This document shows, piece after piece, positions 16,425 through 25,700 of a DNA stretch of 37,323 bases (position 1 is its first letter; each line of letters opens with the position of its first letter). Under the pieces are notes generated by a model, which was given only the letters and a program-made list of their open reading frames with translations, was not told the origin of the DNA and made no database searches. The translations under genes and the position numbers were made by a program. This DNA comes from a virus. Taxonomy: Duplodnaviria > Caudoviricetes. The stretch is taken from positions 1 through 37,323 of IMG/VR virus record IMGVR_UViG_3300032116_000607, one strand, 5' to 3'.

Positions 16425-17969
16425 GTGCAGATAATTGATAACAAGGCGCTGCTAATTACAGCGCCGAACGCACATACTATACCCCAATACATTACAAAGA
16501 GCGCCGTGGTTGAAGGTGGAGCCGTAGCCGTACACTGGGGGCTACACGAGGCTACGCGCTTAGCTCAGCTTGGTTATGACGGCGTGCCGTCCCCTATGCT
16601 CCGCGACTACCAGTGGACTGGTAAGTATGCGCCGTTCGACCACCAGAAAGAGACAGCTTCGTTCTTGTCTATCCGCAAACGCGCCTTCTGCTTCAACGAG
16701 CAGGGCACAGGCAAGACGGCTAGCGTCATATGGACGGCTGACTACCTGATGAAGAAGGGCAAGATTAAGCGCGTACTGGTGCTATGCCCATTGTCGATTA
16801 TGAAGTCGGCTTGGCAGCGCGACCTATTCACCTTCGCTATGCACCGCTCGTGCAGCGTTGCGCACGGTGCAGCCCCACAACGCAAGAAGATTATCGAAGC
16901 AGGGGCAGAGTTCGTCATCATTAACTTCGACGGTCTAGCTATCGTCAAGGACGAGATAATTGCAGGTGGCTTCGACCTTATCGTGGTGGACGAGGCGAAC
17001 GCATATAAGAACGTGCAGACCAACCGCTGGAAGATTTTTAGCCAGATTGTGAACCTCACTGACCCACGGCTTTGGATGATGACAGGTACACCCGCTGCGC
17101 AGTCTCCCATAGATGCGTATGGCTTAGCTAAGCTGGTTAACCCAGAAGGTTGCCCTAAATACTACACCGAGTTCCGAGCTTCTATCATGCACAAGGTGAC
17201 CCACTTTAAATGGGCACCGAAACCACACGCAGCTGAGTACGTGCATAACATATTGCAGCCAGCCATCCGGTTCGAAAAGAAAGACTGCTTGGACCTACCC
17301 GAAGTTACGCACGTGTCGCGTGACGCACCGCTGACAACACAGCAGAGCAAGTACTACAAGATGCTCAAGGACCAGCTGCTGATTGAGACGGGCGGCGAGG
17401 AAGTCAGTGCGGTCAACGCAGCTACGCAGATAAACAAGCTGCTGCAGATAAGTGGAGGCGCGGTCTATACGGATACTGGCGAGGTGCTGGAGTTCGATGT
17501 GTCTAACCGGGTTAACGTCGTACTCGAAGTCATAGAGGAGGCCAGCAACAAGGTGCTGGTCTTCGTGCCGTTCACGCACACTATTGAGATACTTCGCGCT
17601 AGGCTGGAGAAGGAAGGCATCTCGTGTGGCGTCATCAACGGCAAAGTATCACTGAATAAGCGCAGCGACATCATCGAGCGGTTCCAGACGAGCAAAGACC
17701 CACATGTGCTTATCATCCAGCCACAGGCTGCATCGCACGGTCTGACTCTAACGGAGGCGGATACAATCATCTGGTATGCGCCAGTAACCAGCGTGGAAAC
17801 ATACTTGCAGGCTAACGCCCGTATCGACCGTCCCGGCCAGAAGAACGCCATGACCATCGTGCATATCAAGGGCAGTCCGGTAGAGGAGCGGCTGTATAGT
17901 ATGCTCCAGAATAATATCACCAACCACAAAAAACTTATTGACTTGTATAAGGAAGTTATGGAAATATAG
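16425..17969 (+). CDS. SNF2-family (SF2) helicase
   Basis: EQGTGKT, VDEAN, TGTP, QANARIDRPGQ; GTG 16425 follows AAGGAGCA. Confidence 0.93.
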   Translation: MQIIDNKALLITAPNAHTIPQYITKSAVVEGGAVAVHWGLHEATRLAQLGYDGVPSPMLRDYQWTGKYAPFDHQKETASFLSIRKRAFCFNEQGTGKTASVIWTADYLMKKGKIKRVLVLCPLSIMKSAWQRDLFTFAMHRSCSVAHGAAPQRKKIIEAGAEFVIINFDGLAIVKDEIIAGGFDLIVVDEANAYKNVQTNRWKIFSQIVNLTDPRLWMMTGTPAAQSPIDAYGLAKLVNPEGCPKYYTEFRASIMHKVTHFKWAPKPHAAEYVHNILQPAIRFEKKDCLDLPEVTHVSRDAPLTTQQSKYYKMLKDQLLIETGGEEVSAVNAATQINKLLQISGGAVYTDTGEVLEFDVSNRVNVVLEVIEEASNKVLVFVPFTHTIEILRARLEKEGISCGVINGKVSLNKRSDIIERFQTSKDPHVLIIQPQAASHGLTLTEADTIIWYAPVTSVETYLQANARIDRPGQKNAMTIVHIKGSPVEERLYSMLQNNITNHKKLIDLYKEVMEI

Positions 17970-17971
17970 TA

Positions 17972-18001
17972 TTTGACACTGTCAAAGATTAGTGGTAGCT
18001 A
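17972..18001 (+). promoter_or_regulatory. Putative promoter with a palindrome over the -35
   Basis: TTGACA(17973)-N17-TAGCTA with extended TG; TTTGACA-C-TGTCAAA perfect inverted repeat. Confidence 0.7.
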
Positions 18002-18044
18002 ACAATATAACAAACCACAATCACAACCAAGAAGGAGCAAGCAT

Positions 18045-18446
18045 ATGGATGATTTACCCGTAGACCAGCTTGTGCGCGTCTATCGCAAGATACGTGATGT
18101 CGTGCAGGCTAAGGAAGACGCCCACAAAGCCGAGATTACAGAGCTTAAGGGGCAGATGGACCTAGTTAGCGCCAAGCTACTTGAGGTCTGCAACACACAG
18201 AACGTGGACAGCCTACGTACCAAAGAAGGTACGATAACTAGGCGCGCTGCTACCCGCTACTGGACGAGCGATTGGGAGTCCATGTACAAGTTTCTTAAGG
18301 AGAATGATGTGATGCATCTTCTCGAACAGCGCATCCACAATGGCAACATGCGTAATTACCTAGAGGAGAACCCCGATAGTCTACCTGTCGGCCTCAATGC
18401 AGATACTAAGTATGTGCTTTCGGTTCGCAAACCAACAACCAAGTGA
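18045..18446 (+). CDS. Phage replication-module protein, coiled-coil N-terminus
   Basis: AAGGAGCA RBS; lies between helicase and SSB-like gene; function not assignable. Confidence 0.8.
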   Translation: MDDLPVDQLVRVYRKIRDVVQAKEDAHKAEITELKGQMDLVSAKLLEVCNTQNVDSLRTKEGTITRRAATRYWTSDWESMYKFLKENDVMHLLEQRIHNGNMRNYLEENPDSLPVGLNADTKYVLSVRKPTTK

Positions 18447-18454
18447 GAGAAACA

Positions 18455-19381
18455 ATGACCAATTTGACCATCTTTAAAAACCCAAACGCTATGACTGCCG
18501 GAGCACTGCCACCATCCAAGATGGGTACGCAGATTGCTGCGAGCATGGGCGGTTATAACCGCATCGCCACCAACACCAACGGCACGTTCAAGCGTATCGT
18601 AAACGGTGAGCAGGTCGGCAAAGCCATCCGTGGTGAGTTCAACGCCATCATCCTTGCTATGCTAGAGAAGCCTAGCCGCAGCTTCTACGCTAGTGACTAC
18701 GACCCCGACGCTAAGGGCACTGCACCTGACTGCTTCTCTAACCTAGGTGACAAGCCAGAGGCATCCGCCTCCAACCGTCAGGCGTCTAACTGTGCCAGCT
18801 GCCCTAAGAACATAGACGGTTCGGGTAAGAACGGTAAGGGTAAAGCCTGTCGCTTCAGCCGCAAGGTCGCGTTGTTCTTAGACGGTGACGAGTCCGGCGA
18901 CGTGTATCAGTTCAACATCCCAGCTAAGTCGCTATTCGGTAAGGGCACCGGTAACACCTTGCCGTTCGAGCAGTACTGCCGCCACTTGGTGTCTAACGGT
19001 GCAGCGCCTGACCGCGTGGTGACCACCATCGCATACAACCTCGACGCAGAGACTATGGAGCTTAACTTCACTGCTGACCGGTTTATTGACCTAGAAGAGC
19101 TGGAGCGCGTCACTGAGGCACAAGAGAACGCCGCCACGACCCGTCTGATTAGCTTCGACATCGTGAAGGCTGCTGCCGCAGAAGAACCTGCTAAGCTTGC
19201 AGCACAAGCCGAGCCGAAGGCGAAGAAGCCATCGTTCTTAGACGCTGATGATGAAGACGAAGAGGAAGAAGAACTTCCCGAGCCAGTAAAGCGTCCATCC
19301 AAGAAGGCCACCGCTGAACCTACCGGCACTATTGCTGCTGTAGTAAGCCGGTGGGGCGACGACGAAGAAGACGACGACTAA
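18455..19381 (+). CDS. Putative ssDNA-binding/annealing protein
   Basis: Very acidic C-terminal tail (WGDDEEDDD), Cys cluster DC..CASC..AC and replication context. Confidence 0.65.
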   Translation: MTNLTIFKNPNAMTAGALPPSKMGTQIAASMGGYNRIATNTNGTFKRIVNGEQVGKAIRGEFNAIILAMLEKPSRSFYASDYDPDAKGTAPDCFSNLGDKPEASASNRQASNCASCPKNIDGSGKNGKGKACRFSRKVALFLDGDESGDVYQFNIPAKSLFGKGTGNTLPFEQYCRHLVSNGAAPDRVVTTIAYNLDAETMELNFTADRFIDLEELERVTEAQENAATTRLISFDIVKAAAAEEPAKLAAQAEPKAKKPSFLDADDEDEEEEELPEPVKRPSKKATAEPTGTIAAVVSRWGDDEEDDD

Positions 19382-19623
19382 TGAGTAGCGGTTATAGCTT
19401 ACGGATACAGGAGGCAAACGCCAAGGCGAGCAAACACAAGTTGGGTGTTCGCCTAGGTAGGCTCTGCATTGCGCAGGACATTCCTGTAGCCGTAGTCGCT
19501 AAGTGTACAGGCGTAACAAGGCAGACAGTATATAATTGGTTCTGTGGGACTTCCATCCCACAGGGCACTCCCGCCGCCCTTATAGCTGTATACATGGCAA
19601 GTCTGGAGAGTTCTGTCTCCTAA
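19381..19623 (+). CDS. Cro/XRE-like HTH protein
   Basis: VAVVAKCTGVTRQTVYNWF; TAATG coupling. Confidence 0.82.
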   Translation: MSSGYSLRIQEANAKASKHKLGVRLGRLCIAQDIPVAVVAKCTGVTRQTVYNWFCGTSIPQGTPAALIAVYMASLESSVS

Positions 19624-19686
19624 CGGAGCAGGGAGCATTTTCTTTTAGAAGTGGGCTTGTGAGTTGCCCTATGGAGTAGTGTCTGC

Positions 19687-22521
19687 GTGGCGGAGGAATT
19701 TGACCTTTTATCAGCGGTGCAGCCTCAAGAGGGTTGGTACGCTATCGTCGGGCTTAGCCCAGACAATAAACAGCAGGAGTTAGTAGAGACCCGCGAGGAA
19801 GCGGACGAATGGGCAAAGACCTTCCTCAACCAAGGTAAGAACGTATTCTTTGGTGTAGCTAAGTACACAGACGGTAAGAGCCGCAAGAAAGAGAACGTGA
19901 AGGCGCTTAAGTCGCTCTGGCTCGACATAGACTGCGGACCAGAGAAGGATTACGATACACAGGACGAAGGCTTCACGGCTCTTCGTGCGTTCTGTAAGAC
20001 CGTAGGTATGCCCAAGCCTATCGTGGTTAACTCGGGGCGCGGTTTGCACGTATACTGGCCGCTAACTGAAGAAGTTACACGCGAAGAATGGGAGCCAGTG
20101 TGCGCACGGTTGAAAGAAGTCTGCGCCACCAAGGGGCTACGTGTAGATAACAGCTGCTTTGAGGCAGCGCGCATCCTGCGTATTCCCGGCACTTTTAACT
20201 TTAAGGGTGATGACCCACTGCGCGTAGAGGTTCTGGTGGTCGGCAAGCCGACGTCCATGGCAGACATACGTGACATACTTGGCGTTAAAGAGACTAAGCC
20301 GTCGCCCCTAGGCGACCTTCCGGTGTTCGCACCTAGCCCGTTATCCAAAGTCATACAGGCTAGCATGGAGTCCAGCTTCGCCAAGATTATGAACCGTGGG
20401 GACAAAGGCTGCGCACAGCTTAACTCCTGTTACGAGGACCGCGAGCATATATCCGAGCCACGTTGGTTCTCGGCGTTGTCAATCGCAAAGTTCTGTAAGG
20501 ACCGTAATAGGGCGATACACAAGCTATCTGCAGACCATCCGGACTACGACCCTGACAAGGTTGAGCAGAAGATAGGACACATACTCGGGCCGCACACCTG
20601 CGCAGAGTTCGAGAAGAACAATCCCGGCGGATGCGGAAAGTGTCCACACGCTGGCAAGATACGCTCACCTATTACGCTAGGCAAAGAGCTGAAGGAGGCA
20701 ACTCCGGAGGACAACGTAGTCATAGAAGAGACGAAGCTGGGGGCGATAAAGTTCCACATACCCGAGTTTCCCTTCCCCTACGTGCGTGGCAAGCATGGGG
20801 GCGTATGGCGCAAGGTTGCGCCCAAGGACGAGGAAGAAGGCGTCGAAGACGTTGCGCTTGTGTATCCGTACGACATCTACGTGGCCAAGCGGATGGATGA
20901 CCCTGTTGAGGGTGGCGTAGCCCTTATCCGACTGCACACACCGCAGGACGGCGTCAAAGAGTTCACGGTGCACAATTCCAAGATGGCGGACGGCACCGAG
21001 CTGAAGAAGCTTCTCGCTTCTAAGCACGTGATGTTGAGTTCGAAGACCGACTACGCATATCTAGTCGATTACATAGTTAAATCAGTGGCACAGTTTTTTC
21101 ATAACGAGAAGGTAGAGCAAATGCGAAATCAATTTGGATGGGTCGATAACGACAGTAAGTTTATCATTGGCGACCGTGAGATAAGTGCGGAGGGGACGTA
21201 CCATAGTCCACCATCTTCCGTTACCAAGGTAGTAGCGGAGCACATGACAGCTAAGGGCACACTGGATAAGTGGCGCGAAGTGTTCGACCTGTACGGACGT
21301 CCGGGCCTTGAGGGGCATGCGTTTGCAGCAGCCACCGCCTTCGGTGCGCCTCTCTTGCGCTTCTCCGGCCAGCGTGGGGCGATTATCAACGTGGTGCACC
21401 CTAAGTCGGGCACGGGTAAGACGACAGCCCTACAGATGGCTAACAGCGTGTATGGTGACCCTGTGGCGCTATGCGCGAAGAAGGACGACACGTTCAACTC
21501 GAAGGTGTTCAAGATAGGCGTGTTCTGCAACCTGCATATCAGCTTCGACGAAATGTCCAACACTGAACCTAAGCAGTTGAGTGAGCTTGCCTACCTGATT
21601 ACACAGGGCACCGGCAAGGACCGCATGAAGGCGTCCGCCAACGAGCTTCGGGCAAACCTGACGTCGTGGCAGACCATAGCACTGTGCTCGTCTAACCACT
21701 CGTTCTACGAGAAGCTGGAAATCAATAAGGGTTCGCCTGATGGTGAAACCATGCGCATCATCGAGTACAGCATCGACTATTCTGACGCGATTGACATCGA
21801 GTATGGCAAGAAGATGTTCGACCACCAGCTGCTCGAGAACTACGGGCATGCAGGTGACATCTACGCACGGTACCTGATTACGCACTATGATGAGGTGAAG
21901 GCGCTCTATGCTACGGTCCAACAGCGCATCGACACCAAGCTTAAGCTAACACAGCGTGAGCGTTTCTGGTCGGCAACAGCGGCTGCTAACATAACGGGCA
22001 TCTACATTGCCCTACATCTGGGCCTATGTAACTGGGACATTGCTGCCATTTTCAAGTGGACGTGCAAGATGGTGCTCAACCTACGCAACACCATGACCCC
22101 ACCGCCTGAAGGCGACCAGCAGATACTGGGTGAGTTTATGAACGCCCGTCTCGGGAACATTCTTATCGTCAACGACGGGGTAGACCGTCGCAGCAAGATG
22201 GCGGAAGTACCGGCACTAGAACCAAAGCAGGAGCTTATGATACGCTACGAGCCTGACACAGCTAAGGTGTACATAACTGCTAGCTCGTTCCGTGAGTATT
22301 GTGGTGCACGTAACATTGCTTACCGCTCTACGATTAACGCTATGAAGGCCAAGGGCCTGTACCTCGACGCGGAAAACAAGCGCATGTCCAAGGGCATGAA
22401 AGTCAACACGGTGCCAGTGCAGTCGCTAATCTTCGACGCTAACCACCCAGACTTCAGCGGCATTACGGACCTGTTTAATAACGTAGTGTCTGCCGCGAAG
22501 CCGGACTCCGACGAAGAGTGA
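19687..22521 (+). CDS. Primase-helicase (AEP/RepB-like primase + DUF927/SF3-type helicase)
   Basis: LWLDID, SGRGLHVYW, RILRIPG; Cys cluster HTC...CGKC; Walker A SGTGKTT and Walker B ISFDE. Confidence 0.9.
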   Translation: MAEEFDLLSAVQPQEGWYAIVGLSPDNKQQELVETREEADEWAKTFLNQGKNVFFGVAKYTDGKSRKKENVKALKSLWLDIDCGPEKDYDTQDEGFTALRAFCKTVGMPKPIVVNSGRGLHVYWPLTEEVTREEWEPVCARLKEVCATKGLRVDNSCFEAARILRIPGTFNFKGDDPLRVEVLVVGKPTSMADIRDILGVKETKPSPLGDLPVFAPSPLSKVIQASMESSFAKIMNRGDKGCAQLNSCYEDREHISEPRWFSALSIAKFCKDRNRAIHKLSADHPDYDPDKVEQKIGHILGPHTCAEFEKNNPGGCGKCPHAGKIRSPITLGKELKEATPEDNVVIEETKLGAIKFHIPEFPFPYVRGKHGGVWRKVAPKDEEEGVEDVALVYPYDIYVAKRMDDPVEGGVALIRLHTPQDGVKEFTVHNSKMADGTELKKLLASKHVMLSSKTDYAYLVDYIVKSVAQFFHNEKVEQMRNQFGWVDNDSKFIIGDREISAEGTYHSPPSSVTKVVAEHMTAKGTLDKWREVFDLYGRPGLEGHAFAAATAFGAPLLRFSGQRGAIINVVHPKSGTGKTTALQMANSVYGDPVALCAKKDDTFNSKVFKIGVFCNLHISFDEMSNTEPKQLSELAYLITQGTGKDRMKASANELRANLTSWQTIALCSSNHSFYEKLEINKGSPDGETMRIIEYSIDYSDAIDIEYGKKMFDHQLLENYGHAGDIYARYLITHYDEVKALYATVQQRIDTKLKLTQRERFWSATAAANITGIYIALHLGLCNWDIAAIFKWTCKMVLNLRNTMTPPPEGDQQILGEFMNARLGNILIVNDGVDRRSKMAEVPALEPKQELMIRYEPDTAKVYITASSFREYCGARNIAYRSTINAMKAKGLYLDAENKRMSKGMKVNTVPVQSLIFDANHPDFSGITDLFNNVVSAAKPDSDEE

Positions 22522-22718
22522 AGGTAGCTGGAGTCAGCTACGATATAAACTGGCGCGCCTTTACCAAGGGCGCGTCACTCTTTTTCCCGTGCCTCGACCC
22601 TAAAGCCGCCAAGCGCGAGATACGCCCTGTGCTACGCAGACTGAAGCTAAAAGTGGTGTACCGCAGCGTCGTGGACACCAAATCTGGTATTAGGGGTTTA
22701 CGCATCTGGCGAATATGA
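22518..22718 (+). CDS. Small basic protein, 66 aa
   Basis: GTGA overlap; GASLFFPC...GLRIWRI. Confidence 0.75.
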   Translation: MKVAGVSYDINWRAFTKGASLFFPCLDPKAAKREIRPVLRRLKLKVVYRSVVDTKSGIRGLRIWRI

Positions 22719-22730
22719 CTATGCATGACA

Positions 22731-22798
22731 CCGGAAGATGCTCCTTCCGTTTGGTTGATACTACCCCCGCTGGCGCTACTCCCCGGCGGGGGTTTTTT
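22731..22798 (+). ncRNA. Candidate anti-Shine-Dalgarno small RNA
   Basis: Hairpin CGGAAG-ATGCTC-CTTCCG contains TGCTCCTT, the complement of the AAGGAGCA RBS. Possible promoter TTTACG-N17-TATGCA (22697-22725). Ends in a terminator. Confidence 0.55.
22763..22798 (+). terminator. Rho-independent terminator of the + arm
   Basis: ACCCCCGCTGG-cgctactcc-CCGGCGGGGGT stem followed by a T-run, at the convergence point of the arms. Confidence 0.9.
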
Positions 22799-25700
22799 AT
22801 GGGCGGAACATCTCCGCCATGCCGATGTCTTTCCCAGCAGTCTTCTTCTCAAGCCGCATACCCTGCACAGTGCGCTCCCGAACATCTGCACGACCCTTGA
22901 GTGACCGCATGATGCTCTCTTCGGTAATAATAAAGCTAGGGTCTGGATACGTGCGGTTGAATGGAATAATCTCGTCAGTGATAAACTCTTGCAGCTGTGC
23001 CTTAGAGGTAATCTCACCCTCACGTATCTTCCTATCCAAAGTGGATAGCAGCTGGGTCTTTTCTGCTTTTATCTTCTTGTCGTTTTTACCGCGAGTAATG
23101 TAGTAGTCCTGCCAACGAGCAAGGCGTAGTGGGCGGAAGCCCGATATCGTGCGGAACGTATCGAGTGCAGAGATGTCGTCCTTATCAATGATAACGTCGC
23201 CCTTACGGCTAACAACGCCTTCAGCTTCTCCCTGCCCTGCAGCGACCCATGACCGGACAAACGCTGGGGCTAGCTTCTTTACGGCACCGTACATATCGCC
23301 TTCGGCAAAGTTGTCCTTCGCATTGAACGCCTGAATTAGCATCTGCCCACCTGCTACGTTAGCCAGCAGTGTTTTTATTACGGTGTCCCCAGTAGAGTCG
23401 CCTGTGACAGCTTCACGGAACCACATATTCTTGAGGTCAAGCGACGTACGGCTAGATATTTCTGTGTTCGACAAAGCGCCAACTGGACCGTGTATAAGAA
23501 TATCGGCCATCGACACGTCGCCAATCATAGGCTCACCGAACTTGTCCATTATCCATGCACGGAACATGATGTCGGAGTCGTAGGCGACACGCGGGTCGAG
23601 ACCCATAAGCTTGCGCACGTCCTCATCGTCTTCTTCATCAAAGCTCTCGGACAGCGCCAATGCCATGACCGTGTATAGAGGCATGCCGAGAAGGCCACCG
23701 AATACGCCAGCCATCATCAACACGCCGCCTAGCTCCTTCATAGCGCCAGCACGTGCAGCTTTTGCTTCTGGTGAAGCTCCGGGGTACAGCCCACGACCGA
23801 TATCCCGCATCGCCCCCACTAGGAACTTGGTCTGCAGGATAGGGTGCATCTTGAAGAGGAACAGGGCACGGGTCCAGTCTTTCTTCATAATGCTAGACCG
23901 CTCCCAGTTGGAGTAGTCGCCTAGTGTGTCCCGCACTGTGTCTAGCGCAGTTGTAACGGCCTTATCGAACACTACCTTTTCGGCTTCGGCGCTAGTATCA
24001 GTATTCTTCGCCGCCTCTGCCTTGTACGCCAACTCAAACGCCATGAAGTAGGCCGCTTGACGCGAGATGTTTTCCAGACCTTGGAACATAACACCCATGG
24101 CCTTACCAGTTAAGGCACGTGCCTCAACAGCGGTGCGCGCCGCACCCGTACGGTGCCTCTTAGCCGTTTCCCGCTCATTCTGTATTAGAGTATCCTGCAC
24201 GGTCTCAAGCACGTTGCGCTCCATGCCTGCCGCCAGTGCCCTACGTAAAAGCTTACCCTCGTCAGTATTGGCGTTAATTAGCTTCGAGCTATTGATATTG
24301 GGCATCAGCACATCGAGCTGGTCACCAGCACCGGCCAGACCAGTGCGCGTAGTCTGCACCTTGGCTTTACCCAGTGTGTTCCATATCTTCATATACTTCA
24401 GCCACATACGTGTGCCTTCTGCATACCCGTAGTCACGCCACAGGCGCGGCACCACACGTATCGGTATGGAAGTAAGCTGCAGCATGGCTGTCGCTGGCGC
24501 TGTCAGGTAGTAGAAGTATGACGCACGGTTAAGGGCGTTTATAAACGAACTCTGCGGGCTTGGATTTATCTCGTCCTCGGCCCGTGTTTCAAGCTCGTCT
24601 ATAACCGAGTTATACTTCGCCTTGAGCGTTGCATCGCGGTCAGATACGTTATCCCGGGCTTCCTCGGTCTTCAGGCGAATGTCCCCGGCATAGGCCAGCT
24701 TGCTTAGCTGGTTAGCATAGTTACTAGCTTGCGACGCGAACTGCTGCAGCAAGTCCTGCTGGAAGCCGACTACCTCTTGAGCATGCATGAACCGGCGGCG
24801 CACTGACCGTTCTGGCGTAGATAGCAACCATGTCTGGTAGATACTGTCCGTAAGGTCTTTGAAACTATTAGCGTCGATACCCTTGGTGCCCGCAAACTCA
24901 GCCTTAGCCTTGCTAACTAGGTCGAATATCTTCTGCATCATTTGGTCGTCAGACTTCATGTTCTCCTGCAGCTGCGCGATATCGTACCCTACGGTTATTA
25001 CACTGCTGTCTTCGGGGTTCACACCTAAGCGCTTAGCTATCGCCTTCTGCGCGTCCTGCATGTCCTTAGCGGAGTAGAGCTGGTAGAACTCCCGCTCCCG
25101 CGAGCCGTCCTTGGCAGCTGCTACACGCACGTAGTACTGGCCTTCGCGCATGAACGGGAAATAGTCTTTGGTGAACAGGCTGGAGTCGAGGTCGTGGAAT
25201 ATATCTCCGCTCTTCTTAGCCTCATCCGGGTTCATCACTTCGCGCATCATGTCTGCACGTAGGTCGCGCAGGCGCTTAGCTTCTGCCTCACCAGCAATAG
25301 TCGAAATGCGACCATCTAGTAGGGCAAGCTCTGCTTCGAACATGTCTTTGTAGTAGGCGCGCATCTCAAGGTACAGCTTGTGGCCATTCTTGAGTTTACC
25401 CAACTCATCCCACAGCTTGTGCACGTCACGGATACGACGGGTAAGTTCTGCAACCTGCCCAGTCTGGGCGCTAGTCTTCTGGCGGTCGATAGCAGTCTTA
25501 GATAGGTCCGCTACAAGCTTACGCATGTCGTCAGACATTTTTACCTTGTCGCCCTTTACCCCTACTACTTCCTTACCCTGCATAGTCAGAGCCTTCATCT
25601 CGGCTATTATGCGGGCGGCTAGCGCTTTGTCGTTTGAGTTCTTCAGTATGCGGGCTTCGATTTCCTTCATCGCAGGGTGATTAGCCAGCGCCTCATCAGC

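Noticed and set aside
556-22196. - strand ORFs within the early/replication arm
   Set aside because: Antisense to well-supported, tightly coupled + strand genes
11217-22521. Inteins or introns in PolA, helicase or primase
   Set aside because: ORFs are continuous and of ordinary length, with no splicing or LAGLIDADG motifs seen
22538-23023. Track ORFs 22715-22900 (+) and 22538-23023 (-) as real genes
   Set aside because: They run through the terminator and overlap better-supported genes. A short - strand ORF behind the AAGGAGCA at 22746-22739 is not fully excluded, but that SD is sequestered in a hairpin.
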